Shown here: one piece after another, positions 39,279-53,697 of the stretch | How the letters are laid out: each line of letters opens with the position of its first letter | How positions within the stretch are numbered: position 1 is the first letter of the stretch | Source of the DNA: Octopus bimaculoides | Lineage: Eukaryota | NCBI RefSeq assembly: GCF_001194135.2 | Contig: NC_068984.1 | Location: 42,819,163-42,883,162, forward strand | Length of the DNA: 64,000 bases | Direction of reading: 5' to 3' | The notes under the pieces: generated by a model | Databases searched by the model: none | Seen by the model: only the letters and a program-made list of their open reading frames with translations | What the model was told of the DNA's origin: nothing | Made by a program: the position numbers and the translations under genes

Positions 39279-39441
39279 CTTCATGGAACTAGTAAGGCAT
39301 ATGACAGGAAGAAAGAAACGGACAGCAACAGGGCTAGAATTAAAAGCAATTGGGCCCAGAAGTTCTCTTTCCAAAACACTATCCGGCGGAAGATCCGATG
39401 ATGGCCATGTGTCGAACTTCATCCGTCATTGGAGGGACTAG
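39279..39441 (+). CDS. Candidate alternative phase-2 terminal exon, FMELVRHMTGRKKRTATG...FIRHWRD*
   Basis: Acceptor cacccttcag; open for 53 codons in the phase that fits exon 38486-38508; GC-richer than flanks. Confidence 0.25.
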
Positions 39442-40502
39442 CTTCTAAGAAACTGATGACTTCTCTCAGTTGTACCATATCATCGTGTAAATTCTATCAA
39501 TAGAAAGAAAATGTAGGATAGAGACAGCAGAATGAAAGGGGGAGTAAAACACTAAAAAGGAAAGGAAAGGAGAGCAATACAGCTAGGCCATATACTTGTG
39601 AGAACGAATAAAACCTTTTCATAGGACTGAGTGAAGTTCGTGAACTTGCATATTAGCAACAAGAAACTTCTTCAGAGCAGTTATGAACATGAGGGGAAGA
39701 AATCAGGTAAAAATTTAAGATACATTTGGGGGATAAGATGTTATAGGCCACCTAAAGGTTTTTGTGCGAAAGGAATTTATTTAAATTCTTTTCTGGTTTG
39801 TATTCGAAGTCTGATGGATGTTCAGACGTATCACCATCAATTACAGTTTCATCTATATCTATCTCATTTTTAGTGGAGCTGAGTCCATCTTACCGCCTTG
39901 AAAAGGAAACGAAATACACCGTGTTTTATCATGTAATACATACTTAATGAGCTAAAAATGACACCAGACTCACTCCCTAAGGTGAAAGCCATCTAATTCC
40001 AGGGTAAAATATATCAGTAAACCCTAAAGACTAGCCAACAACTAGCACACGGCGCCACAACTGCAATAATATCACAGAATAATAGTAAACACCTGTAAAA
40101 CAAATTTAATTTCCCGAAGAACTGCTCCAACAACCGATAAACTATTTCATAATGAAAGGGAGAAATTACATCAAATAAAGATCTAGAAATAGATTGCTAG
40201 AAGCAATCATTAAAGTTAATAGAAGTGGAAATAATAATAACCTTGAAAGCAAATATATAACCAAACCGCCTCACATAGAAGGCATATAACAGTTGAAGCA
40301 CACAAGGCACCAAAACGCAAAAATATCGAATTTTGATTACGTGATATATTACGTCTCATACTGTGATGTTAAAAGTGTACGTAAATCCATCAATATTTGT
40401 CAAATTATCCATAGTTTCTGTTGGTTACATTTAGGTTAAGTTCTTATACCCAATTTTTGGGATATATGGAATATCTAATGCGAGTATAAACATTTTAGAA
40501 AA

Positions 40503-40586
40503 TGGGCAAACGTCTTCTACTGTAGCCTCGGGCTGACCAAAGCCTTGTGAGTGGATTTGGTTGACGGAAACTGAAGGAAGCCTGTC

Positions 40587-40590
<4 letters not shown>
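40503..40590 (+). mobile_element. SINE family B internal fragment followed by (TA)n
   Basis: gggcaaacgtcttctactgtagcctcgggctgaccaaagccttgtgagtggatttggttgacggaaactgaaggaagcctgtcg. Confidence 0.8.
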
Positions 40591-40679
<89 letters not shown>

Positions 40680-42104
40680 AAGTATGAGATATGGATTCAG
40701 AGAATCGTGAGGCTACTACGGAAAGCTCCTCCGACGGACACGGCTCACAGCTCATACTATAATCCAAAACAAAGCGTGTCCATGTAGCTAATATTCAGAA
40801 GATCCGGTCGTCGATATTTATTTCATGAGGAGTATATGAACTATAAAAAGTCAGGAAGTATGAGGGGTGAATATATTTATGTAAACTTTTTACATCCACA
40901 AAAAATAAGGCCGTTTCTAAGCTTTGTGCACGCAATAATAATTTCAGTGTGGAGAAAATTTTGCGTACATGTTTGCATTAATATGCATGCTCAAGGTGCT
41001 TTCTCAAGATAAATACTGCAGTTTTATGGCTTTATCCACGTTAAGTAGGATATACAAAATGATATTTTGAAGTAATACTGATTTCGTCGCTAATAACGTA
41101 TTTTTATCCAAACTTACGGCGATTTGCAACATTTGTTAGTCACTGTTTTTCTATATCCTGAGAAGCTAAATTTGTCTAACCATGCGGTTGCTTATGGTTA
41201 CTTACAACTGATGACCCTCAAGAAAGCAGAAATCAAGATTTAGCAATTTCAACCCTGCTAGTGAACACTTTCTGACTGCTACTGATATGTTTCTGTGCTT
41301 TTTAGTTAAAACTTTTATATGAGATGCATTCTCGAAACAAATACCGCAGTTTCATGGCTTTCTACTGTATATCCACATTACGTAAGATACATAGAATGCT
41401 ATTTTCGACTAATTATGCTTCCGTCGCTAATAACGAACACACACATGTCTGTCTGTCTGTATGTATGTACGTATGTATATATGTATGTATGTATGTATGT
41501 GTGTATGTATGTATGTGTGTGTGTGTAAATGTTTGTATGCATGTATGTGTGGGTGTGTGTGTACACAAAGATATGCATATAAGTGCACTTAGTTTTGAGT
41601 GTTCAGTATGAAGCAAAATTGAAAATATATATTGTAAATTAAGATAAAATTCTAAATTTTAAGTATTTTGCCATACGCTTTCACAACTTAACTCTGACAG
41701 ACTTCCTGTTTTAAACTGCATTATTTAACGCGGCTAGTATCATAAATCATTATTGGCCGAGACCCGTTGATAGATAGGCTTCAAATTACGCTAACCTACA
41801 GTAACTGAAATTTTAAAGTGCTATTGCACCATACGACACCCTAGACCACAACTAATTGAATTATTCTCATGGTTGGATGATCGTAGCGTCACCAATCGTC
41901 TTATGCTTTCTCCAGGGTGTAATTGCCTCCACAAAATTTCATGTAGAGAAAAATATTTCAGACTACTGACATTCCTATATTCGTAATAATAGGATTTACA
42001 ATATTCAAAGTTAACTGTATTCAATCGTTATTTGTTTTAATCTTCTACCTTCGGGGAATATGTTTTACATCCTCTATTTCTAATATGCATTTCTCTTTGT
42101 GTGC

Positions 42105-42136
<32 letters not shown>

Positions 42137-42189
42137 CTGTGTGTGTGTGTGTGTGCGTGTGTGAGTGGGTGGGTGTATGCATATATGTA

Positions 42190-42238
<49 letters not shown>

Positions 42239-42366
42239 TATATGTGTGTGTGTATATATCATATATTTGTGTGTGTATGTATTTACACACACATTCAAAG
42301 GAGGCTTATATAAACTTATATTGATATATATGTATGTATGTCTATATATATATATATATGTATATA

Positions 42367-42404
<38 letters not shown>

Positions 42405-42685
42405 CAATCGTACGTTTGTGTGTGTGTGTGCGTATCTATGTGTATATATAAATATATAGATGACCATATAAATATACATGTATACGCACGTATATGCGTA
42501 TATATATATTATATAACATTACATATATGTATGTGGGGATATATGTATGTTTATATATATATATCCCTGGAGAAGAATGGGCTTCGTTCTATCAGGCGTT
42601 GATGACCCAAGGTAAGACATGCATACTTACAAGCACGCACACCGATGCATGTGTTTGTGTGTGTGCGTGTGTTTATACATATATA

Positions 42686-42720
<35 letters not shown>

Positions 42721-42799
42721 NNNNNNNNNNATAGTGTTCAGTCAACGGTCAATCATAATAATGGCCGATCATAACAATATATATATATATATATATATA

Positions 42800-43830
42800 T
42801 TTGCTATTCCGTTAAGATAAGTTCAACAAAAAAGTACTCCATCAAGTGACAGATAAATATTGCTTCGTTTAATACACGCTGTATTAAAATAAAAGCTACT
42901 AATAGATTCTTGACACAAAGTCGTGTGGTAAGGCAAATTTTTGTATAGTGTGCTTTGTTTCCTAGCAATCTCCGAGCTCTGAGCACATTGTTATATTCGA
43001 AAGACAGGACCTTGGTACTTGAGAAACTACGAAAACAAAAATAAGAACGTCGATACAAAAAAGTGGAATGAGAAGACAAATAGTGAATCAAAACTGAAAC
43101 AAAGGAGAGGAAAGGAGAGGAAAGGAGAGGAATGTAAGAAACTAGAGTTACATATCTTTTAATCGTAGAAAACATAATTAATCTACCTGGTGTAGAATAA
43201 TTCAACGAAGAGGAGTCATAAGTCTGCGAGATAGCTGTTCAGTCCGGAGAGGATGGTGTCCTCCAGTTTGACAAAAGATATTTGTCCATATGCTTGCATT
43301 TACTGAAAATTTTGGATCTGTGATTAAGTAGTGTGTTGGAGTTCTTGGGTCTAAATAGATAGAGCGAATTTCAGCCTATGCATAAATTGCATCTTTTAAA
43401 TCCGTTTATTCATCACACAGCTTTCTCTACGATTATCCCCTTGATTGTATGTGGTGTGCAGTTGGTCCTCAAACTCCATACGTTTCTGACCAACTTAATG
43501 GTTTTATTTTTATCGATGCGCCGCCGGAAGCCGGAAAGAAAAGTGTTTTTTTTAAATTCCCATTGTATAAACCGGTGTAATTTTTCTTTTGAACTGCGTT
43601 ATCTTGAAACGTTGCTGTAACTTCTACCTCATAGAGGACAGAGTTTATCATACACGCCTGGTGAAGTGCGCAAGCTTCCAGGCTTTGACAATTACAACTG
43701 GGAATGGGCTCTTGGTGAGGCTGCATGTGGTGAGGCTAATATGAAGAACATCGTTACCCGCAAGTTGATTAATTCCTTCCAAACAATATTAGTTGCGCGG
43801 GCATTTTTATTTCGTTATATGAGTTCGCCT
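42800..43830 (-). mobile_element. Penelope-like element 3' fragment (GIY-YIG endonuclease)
   Basis: Minus strand: SCNCQSLEACALHQACMINSVLYEVEV...KNYTGL...KLVRNVWSLRTN...KRCNLCIG*...LLNHRSKIFSKCKHMDKYLLSN, the characteristic Penelope EN C-terminus. Confidence 0.8.
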
Positions 43831-44255
43831 CCTAGAGTATTAATTTACTAACTTCAGTTCCATCGTACAGTGAACATAGCATATCTTATTCGTTTCTTTT
43901 TCTTTGAGTGATATCATAAGTTTTCTAACATTTAAATGTATTTTAGCTACGAAATAGGAGTTTTTGATTAACATTCTGCATATTTCTAATAATCTTCCCT
44001 TTGCTGAGCTTTTCGAACATCTGAATTCAAAAGTTTTATTCAATGTTAGATGGCTTTAAGCTAAACGTTTTTCTATCAGTTTCGTATCACTTTTATACAG
44101 AGTTTCTTGCATTATTTATTTCGTTACTCTCGTTAAGAATATTGTTTTGGTGATACTTCGTTTCGCAGTACGTATATCTGAATACTCGTGTTATAGCAAG
44201 ATTTTTGGACCAGCTCTGATAACTACTAACTGTTTCACATAATATGTATATATGA

Positions 44256-44287
<32 letters not shown>

Positions 44288-45129
44288 TGTATTAGGTTTT
44301 TTTAGTTACAATATTGTATAGAAAACACGCATTGACAGTTATTTAGGAAGTCGGCGATAACGAACAAACAGCAAACCATGGGGGATTTGGTGTGTCTGAA
44401 ATTAAACTTGGGTAACTAGAGAAAAACTTGTCAGGAAACTTAATATACAAGAGGATGGAAACTAAATTGCTTATGTGAGGCTTTTTGATATTCAAAAATC
44501 TTTTGGCACGGGGCAGAGTGCATGAATTAAGTTATTGACTAACCGAGTTGACAACACGGTTTCAACTTCTGAGTGAAATAATTTAGTTCTGTTGTTTTAT
44601 ATCCAATGTTCATTATAAATGAAAAGCTCCATGCTAAACCGAGAAAAAGTAACGTGCATAAAAAATGTGTGTGTTCAGTGCTGTAGATTACTATGTTATT
44701 TCTTGGTAAAGTGAGATTACGATACTGTTTAAATTACCAATAACTAATACCGTCGAGAAAGACTAGTTAATAGGGGTACCTCTGAGTGTTCCTTCGACTT
44801 CTTAGAAATAGCAGCCAAATCTCACAAAAATTATATTTTATTTTTAGCTATATGAATGAAAATGTGCGATAGCTACAATACCTTCGATTATGGGTCTACT
44901 CAGCGCTAAGTTAGGGTTAAAAACTAACAACAGCAAAGAATGTTAAAGCAGCGTCATTTTGTCTTCTTCCCTGGTATACACAGTCTTTGAAAACAATGAT
45001 TATTTAAACAGCCTTAAACTCTATGCTAAATTCATTAGATTAGTTAGTCTCTTCAGTCTTTACTCATAGTTCAAAACCAGCGAAATTACGCTTTATTTTC
45101 TTCTTAAATCAAAAAGATAGCACTAATAT

Positions 45130-45318
45130 ATTGGCTGCAATTTCGAGGGAAAGGTAAGACGATTACACCCACCCCAGTATTCAGCTGCTACTTATTTTAT
45201 CGACTCCCGAAAAGCAAAGTGACCCTTAGCGGCATTTGAACCCAGAACGTAAATACGGACGAAATACTATTAAGCATTTTGCCCGGTGTGCTACCGATTC
45301 GGCTAGCTCACCGCCTTA
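45130..45318 (-). mobile_element. SINE family A
   Basis: tacttattttatcgactcccgaaaagcaaag...gctagctcaccgcctt. Confidence 0.8.
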
Positions 45319-46609
45319 CACGCCTCTAATATATTGGAGTCTATACTCAAGACTATTGAATGAAACTTCCTTGCAAGAAACAACTTTGTGTATATTGGAA
45401 AAATTCATGATTTAGTCAACCTTAAAGCGATCGATGCAATTGAACACTGAACTGAATAAGTCTTGATATTATTTGCTGCATTATTGCGACGATTGCAGAT
45501 TCGGTCATTTATAAATTAATTCTTGATGAGATAGTAGTGCTTGTTGCAAAAGATAGATTGGCCTTTCGTAGTCTCTTACATCGCTTGTAACATCAAACAT
45601 CATTTTATAAGTGAACAAAATGGCTGTACGTCATGTGTCAGTGGCTGGAACAGGATCTCTGTGCAAAAGAAAAGTAGGGTTTTTTTTAATAAATTGTCGG
45701 TTCTATATGTGCACAACCTGTTCAATTTCAATCGGTATAAAGGTTTGGATGAGAAGAACATATGGTTGGTGCAAACTGGACTATGAATGGCTAAACAAAA
45801 TCATTTATGGGAAATACCCAAAATCATGTTTTTGTCTGTAAAAATCTTAAGAAAACTAAAAGACATCTTGAAGAACGTACATATGAAAGAGATACATATG
45901 TGATTCACTTGCACAAGGATGATAGATTTGATGATTAACAGAATACAAGATCTTGGAAGCAAACCTCAATTATGAGAACAAAATAAACATTTGTTTCATG
46001 TATTTTCGTTGCTAGATCCAAGTATACGCGCTATTACATAATACTTACATTTGTCATATCCGCAAGAGACATTAAGTTAACCAGCAGCACATCCCTTTCC
46101 AAAATTACTAGAATACATATTATAAACAAACAGATTTCATGAACACAAACTTAAAGAACGTACTTGCAAACAAAGATGTGTGAGCTAGCAGTGATTCGAG
46201 CAGCCAACAGTAACAATATACTAGATTTGTTATATACTAGATTCGTTACAATTGGCTCTAACACTTTTCTACAAAAGTTGGCCTACTATCTAGTTGAAAA
46301 CAAGCAATATTTAGTAGTCTTTGGGGATGATAACGGTGGTTGATGATGGGTAACTAATATGTCTTTTGAGAGTTGGCTTCTTATCGGATCTATTCCCAGT
46401 AGGTCGACAAACTTGTCTAATCTCCTAATTATGCTACGAAGATCCTTCCCCCATTAACCTTTTTCTTTTTCTGTTTTCTTTAGTTATTTTGCATACATAC
46501 GTATATACATACTCACATATATACATGCATGCATACATATACGTATGTATAATATATGTATATAAGGAGAGAGTGTCAGAAAAGCGTCGATGTCAAGGCC
46601 TGTACATAC

Positions 46610-46663
<54 letters not shown>

Positions 46664-49600
46664 CTATGTGTGTGCGCGCATGCGTGTGTGTGTGTGTATG
46701 TGTGTTTAAAGATTGTTGCATTATACATATATTTGTATGTTGAGCAACTGAAATTGTATTCTATTTATGTTTTGTTCCATTTTGTTCTGTTTTTTTTTTC
46801 TCCCTTTTTTTCAACTTATATACCGCCACGTTGACTATCGTTTATCAGTACCTCCTTCTCTCAGACATTAACATCTGATAAACACTATCCCCGGAAATAT
46901 CGGTTGTTTGTTACACATGCGCGGTTTATATCTTAAGTGTTATTTATTAAATTATTTTGTTTTATAGATTGCCATGTATTTTCTTTTCTTTCTTTTCTGT
47001 TTATTTGTTGTTTAGTTATTTGCATATATATGTATGAGTGTGTGTGTGTATTTTTTGAGAAGCAGAGCGGCTCGTGGAGGGGGGGGGGTGCTAACATTGC
47101 TTAAGATGTGGAAAAAGTACTTTGAGAAGTATTTCTTTGTGAAAACAAGGAAATAATGGATTAGGTTACGCCAGATTATTTAATTCATCTGAAAATAAAA
47201 GTCTAAATAATCAAAACTATTTTGGCTTTGTATTATTGTTTATCATATACTCAATTAAAGGTGATTGGTTACTTAAGCACAATTCTCATGTTGTTTATAA
47301 AACAATGACTGAGTTTCGGCTGATCAGAAATTGTCGACAAATCTCGCTCAAATTATACACTACTGTCGAAAATTAAGATAAAATTATTAGATCATGCAGC
47401 CCGACATACCCCAAAAGAGACGTTTCACTTGTGACCAGCTGCTAAAAGTGTTAGTCACAGTTGAAATACCTTTTGACTTTAGGTCAACTCAATGCCGGTT
47501 AATCTCGGGTTAAACAACTTATACTATTTGCTTCTTTGCTTTTATGGTGGTCAGTGTCATTTGAATTGAAAGTATAATAATACTATTAATTTTATTGAAT
47601 ACGGAATGTTAAATAGTGTGGTTGGTTACGATGGGAATTAAAACTCTGGAATTATAGCCACAAATTGAAATACTGTAACACATGTCAACTACTAATGCAA
47701 TATATTTAGTTGAAACAGACTCTCATCGAAGGCAAATAGTCGGTTCCGAAACGCTATACCTCTCATCTTCCTTCGACATGCGATCTATCCAAACTCATAG
47801 AGATTTCCTCAAAGTCTATTGTTTTACGTAAAATATTTACTCTAGTATTTTATGGATCCTACCAACAGCATTGCTCTTATTTTGAGCGTCCCCTTCTTTA
47901 ATAATGAGTTTCACTTTATCCTACCGGTGTTGTGCTTGTTTAGCCCCGAGTCAGATTTGCTTTCCTTTCTATTATAGGCACAAGGAAAAAGAAAGTCTTA
48001 AGGATGCATCTTGAGAGAAGGATTACTGGAAAAAGTTTTCAATGTAATCTCTGTAACGTGACGTCGGAAAATGTATTCTTCGATTCCATAAAAACAGTAC
48101 GCGTCACCACGGAGAATAAAAAGCGAAATGAAGTGATGGAACAGATGATTGTTTCTGTGTAGAAGGATATAGCTGTCAAGAATGTGTGATGTTTGAATCG
48201 TTGAAGGTCGAAATTTGAAAGCAAAATAGGGTCAGAAAGCTCCAGACAGTTTTTTTCTGGAAAAGAAGGATGTGGTGTTTAAAGCAGAGACTTCAGATTC
48301 AGTCATATCAATGTTAAAGAAGAGAGAAGTTTATTGCTTGTCGAGTGGGTTGATATGATGATACACAATTGTTAGTTCAGAAGAGAGACCGTTGTAGCAA
48401 CGCTAAAACGTACACAGCATATTACAGAGCATCAAAACTTTAGTAGCAAAAGAACGATTTACACAATGTCATTTGATGTTTAATATGCACATACTCGTAA
48501 TTATCAGATTCACAACCATATACACACCAATGATTTCCATTACTTTGGTTTCAAATATCTATTTTAAATTACTCACAGGAATTAAACCAATATAGAAAAG
48601 GTTTGAGTTAACAAGTATCTGAAAGAAAGAAAAAAAATACATGACATACTAACAAGCTAAATGCTTCCTATGAAACAAAAAAGAAAGCTAGAAATATAAA
48701 AGAACGTAATGAAGTTTCTAAAATTTTATTTTATTTTTATCTGCTAATCTTTAGCACATTCTTTTTCATTGAATTCATTCCCTTCCCCCTGATAGGAAAG
48801 AATGGAATGGCTTGAAAATAGAATATATCAAAAACTAAACATTTTAATGTGACAAGGGAATGCTAATTTCAAATTTGGAAAAAATATATATGCTATAAAA
48901 TGAACTGGAGTCGTCTTGTTTCATCTTCGTTATCAAATTTAATTACGTTTATTGGGTTTTCTATTTATTTAACGTTGTAACAACTCAATAACTAATATGG
49001 CAGACAACACTCCTGAGAATTGATAAGTAACCCCCATGCCCACTTAACATTTATCCCCAGCGGTTATCAGGAACGTGGTAGTAAGGAATAATATCGATAA
49101 TAGTAACGGCAGCTGTTGTGAGTTATTAAAGCTCTGACGAAACAGAATCTAGCGTTTCAGATATTAATCAACAATACTTTTGTTGGCTTATAGAGCCGGT
49201 TGCTTTAATTCCTTTTCTATTTCGTGGATTTTGAAAACGATGTATTATTGTAAATCACTGGCATCAAAGTGTTTACTAAAACACAAACACATTAAAAATT
49301 AAACATATAACATCTAAGTCCGGGGTTCCAAAATATTATGAAAGAACTGTTTCTAAATATTACTTTGATATTATTTGATCTGTCTATAATTCACATTTTT
49401 TTATTTTAATAAATCTAAAGTCTACAGATTATTAGTTTATTGAAAAACGTAAATATCAAATAACCTGTAACTTGTTTGTTGGTGACCTTAAGCAACACGC
49501 ATATATTTTGGTATTTAGAAACAACTTAACCTAATTATTATTGTATCTAAGAATAAAGAGATGGAATTCGGTAGAATACAGGAGTAGAATAATTGTAAAA

Positions 49601-51599
49601 CGCGTCCCTAATATATGTATGTGTATCCACTATTTTTCAGAAGATATCCTTTATAAACATATACATGGTTATCGTAGATAAAAATAGCATAATTACTAGT
49701 TATATTTAAGATATGACATCATGGTAGTAGACTTATTCAACACCATAATAAAACTTAGTGTTTCCTTTATTAACAAAAAAAAAACGGCTAGAAATATCTG
49801 GATATAGGGAGAATCGTGGCAGAACTAGAAATATATGCAGGTATACAATAAACATCCTCGGTAGCAGCAATATTAAATTATATCTCTGAAAATATATAAT
49901 GAAGATATATGCACAAAAATCTTCTTAATTATGTGTTGAATCATCATAGAGGTATCGAGATATTCATAGAAGCAGAAATGCCTGGATGGCGAAGAATTCC
50001 TGTATGAAGTAAATATAGAATTTTTTCTGTATTCCTCATGATTCTCATCTTGTAAGGGAAAGAAATGTAATGTAGCAACTCTTCATCATTGTATTTTTAG
50101 TACTTATCGACCCCGTTGGAATAAATGACTTTCTGTACTTTGATGAATTGTGATCTAAAAACTGCAAACTATCTACCTCAGCTCAGTATCTACTTGACTG
50201 TATTCTCTCTGAAGACCGTAACATAACGACATGCGGTATGAAAATGCTCATAAATTATGATGGTATCCAACTGAATTTCAAAATGGCTGCTTAGATTTAT
50301 ACAGAGTTTAATAAATGTGCTACACATATCAAATGATTATGTCATTAGCAAAACCTTGTGAGTAAATTTTTTAAGCATTCACCGAAATAAAATAAATAAA
50401 ATATGTTCCGTAAGTACAGATATCTTTACAAACCCATCATTCGTGAGGCGATACGTGTAGAGTAACATTTTGACAAACTGCGCAACTTCAGTAGGGAAAC
50501 TACTTATAAAAAAAAGACATTAAGAATTTAGGAACACACAAAAAAGTAAAGTCCAACTATGAATCACAGGTGTTCATGCTCATATATGATGAGACATTAT
50601 GCTATTTTATGTAAAATTACGACCGGGATGAACAAAAGCCTCATCTCCTAAGGGTAGAGCATCTATCTCCACCACCTTCATTGTGGAAACTACTGCATGC
50701 AGCTGCTGCCGCCATATTTGTAGAAATTTTATTGTCAAAGCAGATGGCTCTGTCTATATCAGAGTTGCGGTACTGTCAAGAACCCAGAAGAGTGATAGAT
50801 AGTGTAAGAGGGAAAAAGACTTATAAGTCCATTATTCTTTTTAAGTCAAGTGAGATGCAGGCTGAAATTGTAAAGCGAAAAGATATTATTCAGTACTAGA
50901 TACACTATTAAATACTGCGTCAAACTAATGACACCATAACAAGAGAGTAAAATATTGGGTAAGAAGCAGAAAAGTTGAATAGAAAAAAATGAAATTGACG
51001 AGATTTAGATAGAAAGCAGTAACGTAAGGTGAATAGGAGGGCTTGGGTGTAAACGAAGGAGATAGGTGAGAAAGTAAAAGCAAGTTATGGAGACAAATTA
51101 GAGATAGGGAGTGAGTTTTCTATGTTGATTCGAAAAGAAAGAAATATGAAGACAAAAGAGAGATGACATGATCAAAATTGAGTAAATATAGAATTTTACA
51201 TCCTATTCAACAGTTACGAATGCCGACAAACAGAGAGCATATAAGTGGCAGTTTTCCCTACAGGCAACTGAAATTCCTGGGATAATTTATTAGTCGCGGA
51301 GTATAGTAGAGTAACTCCAAGAATAGAACATAAGGCATTGGATTCATTCCTTCGTTTCGGTCGTTTCAATTATACTTGGTTCAGATCTACCATGAATATA
51401 ATATGACTATAAATATAAATCATAACGTAATATTACATCGTGATTCTGCAACGATATTTAGGAGGGTAACTTATTTGATATCGCTAGATATCATATAAAT
51501 TTGTGCAAGGTGCATGCAAGACATTAGGCTGTAATCTTTACAGGTAACAGAAATTTATATAGCCGCCATTGTCTCTTCTGTTTTTTTTGTTTTTTTTTT

Positions 51600-51938
51600 A
51601 TTATAATTTTTCCACTAAGAAAGGAGCCGGTTTCCATGAAAGAGACAAGGCTCCATTTTTGGGATGTGCTTAACATAGACAAATTCACATTTGGAACTTG
51701 AGAAAAGTCTTGCATATTTTTGCTGTCCCACTCACAGTTTGCACTTGTAATGTACGAATTAGCCGGTCGATTTCTCTTTCTGAAAATCCCAGTTTATCCA
51801 CATTTTCCTTTAAGCATTTACTAACAAAACCTGATGTTCCAATTGGTATGATTATGAATTCATAGTCTAGATATAGAAAATGGCGGTTTCGAAGCAGTTG
51901 TCCATAGACATCCTCCTTTTCTTTGATTTTCAAAAAGT
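51600..51938 (-). mobile_element. RLE-type retrotransposon 3' end, same subfamily as 11480-12187
   Basis: KEKEDVYGQLLRN..FLYLDYEFIIIPIG...KICKTFLKFQM*; aligns with 11490-11830 including the 3' UTR. Confidence 0.85.
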
Positions 51939-52479
51939 TATGTATGTATGTATGTATGTATGTATGTATGTATGTATGTATGTATGCATGTATGTATGTA
52001 TGCATGTATGTATGCATGTATGTATGTATGTATGTATGTATTTATGTAAGTGTGTATGTATAAGTGTATGTATATATATTTGTGTATGTACGTGTATATG
52101 CGCATGCACGCTCGTGTGTGTAAGAACAAAAGTTTCCATCTGATCTGGAATTATTTTTGCTCATTGTTTCAAAATCTATAAAGACGGAAATTAAAAACAC
52201 TTTCCGCGACAATTGCTCTGGAAAACAAATAAGGAAAGATTTACAAATTTTACCGTAAATCTGATTTATCTTATTACATGTGCACAATGTAATGAGCGTT
52301 ATATCGATCAATAGGAACCAACTTTATGAACCAAGTTATGGTACATAAACAACAAATCAATCATTCATCTCTTAGATGTGTTCCATGTAGCGAACATTTA
52401 GACATATGTGCAAATGCGAAATTAAATTATTCTCCTTTTTCGAATTACAAGAAGGAAACGAAAGGAAACGGTTTCAGAA

Positions 52480-52817
52480 AATCAAAAGAAAGTATTTTAG
52501 ATTCCCCATTCGAGTTATCTCTATTTCCAGGTCTTTGTATTTTGAAAGTTTTTCCATTTCTTTTAGAGAAACGTTGTCATCTGCTGGTATTGAAACATCA
52601 ATTAGAAGGCATTTTTTTCCTTCATGATCTTTGACAACTATATCTGGTCTATTTGCCTTAATTTCTCTATCTGTGTGTATTGGCATATCTCAGAGTATGG
52701 TTGCTTTCTCGTTTTCTGTGACCTTTTCTGGCGTGTGTTTATACCATCTTTTTTCTGTTGCTATTCCATAATGTTGGCATAGCTTCCAGTGTATATAGGT
52801 CCCAGCTCTGTCGTGTC
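52480..52817 (-). mobile_element. RLE-type (R4/Dong-like) fragment
   Basis: WYKHTPEKVTENEKATIL*DMPIHTDREIKANRPDIVVKDHEGKKCLLIDVSIPADDNVSLKEMEKLSKYKDLEIEI; runs into an N-gap. Confidence 0.9.
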
Positions 52818-53133
52818 NNNNNNNNNNNNNNNNNNNNNNNNNNNNNNNNNNNNNNNNNNNNNNNNNNNNNNNNNNNNNNNNNNNNNNNNNNNNNNNNNNN
52901 NNNNNNNNNNNNNNNNNNNNNNNNNNNNNNNNNNNNNNNNNNNNNNNNNNNNNNNNNNNNNNNNNNNNNNNNNNNNNNNNNNNNNNNNNNNNNNNNNNNN
53001 NNNNNNNNNNNNNNNNNNNNNNNNNNNNNNNNNNNNNNNNNNNNNNNNNNNNNNNNNNNNNNNNNNNNNNNNNNNNNNNNNNNNNNNNNNNNNNNNNNNN
53101 NNNNNNNNNNNNNNNNNNNNNNNNNNNNNNNNN

Positions 53134-53216
<83 letters not shown>

Positions 53217-53218
<2 letters not shown>

Positions 53219-53408
53219 GACGATGAACTGGCAGAGTCTTTAGCACGCTGGGCAAAATGTTGGTAAGTTCTGATTTCAAATTCCGCCGAGCTAGACTTTG
53301 CCTTTCATCCTTTCGTGGTCGATCAATTAAGTGCCAGTTGAGTGCTGTGGTCGCTATAATATCCCTCCACCAAATTTCAGGCCTTGTGCCTATAGTATAA
53401 AGGATTAT
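53217..53408 (+). mobile_element. SINE family A (tandem copy 1 of 3)
   Basis: Follows (ATT)n 53134-53216; gcctttcatcctttcgtggtcgatc. Confidence 0.8.
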
Positions 53409-53409
53409 T

Positions 53410-53626
53410 ACGGTGGCGATCTAGAAGGATCGTTGACATGCGGATCAAAATGCTTATAAACATTTCGTCCGTCTCTACGTTCCGAGTTCAAATTCCGCTG
53501 GGGTCGACTTTGCCTTTCATCTTTTCGAGGTCGATAAACTAAACACCAGTGAAACACTGGGATGGATCTAATCGACTATCACCCTCTCTTCAAATTCCAG
53601 GTTTTGTGCCTACAGTAGGTAGGATA

Positions 53627-53630
<4 letters not shown>
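53410..53630 (+). mobile_element. SINE family A (tandem copy 2 of 3)
   Basis: gagttcaaattccgctggggtcgactttgcctttcatc; (ATT)n tail. Confidence 0.8.
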
Positions 53631-53696
<66 letters not shown>

Positions 53697-53697
53697 T

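Noticed and set aside
39376-39430. Hammerhead-like string ccgatgatggccatgtgtcgaacttc
   Set aside because: Core is mutated, GAAA is incomplete and stems are weak; it also lies in a candidate coding frame.
39745-39915. Minus-strand acidic frame (STKNEIDIDETVIDGDTSEHPSDFEYKPEK) after a strong pyrimidine tract
   Set aside because: All three frames directly after the strong acceptor hit stops early; no coherent exon model.
43641-43851. Plus-strand exon-like ORF (RKLPGFDNYNWEWALG)
   Set aside because: It is the antisense of the Penelope GIY-YIG fragment.
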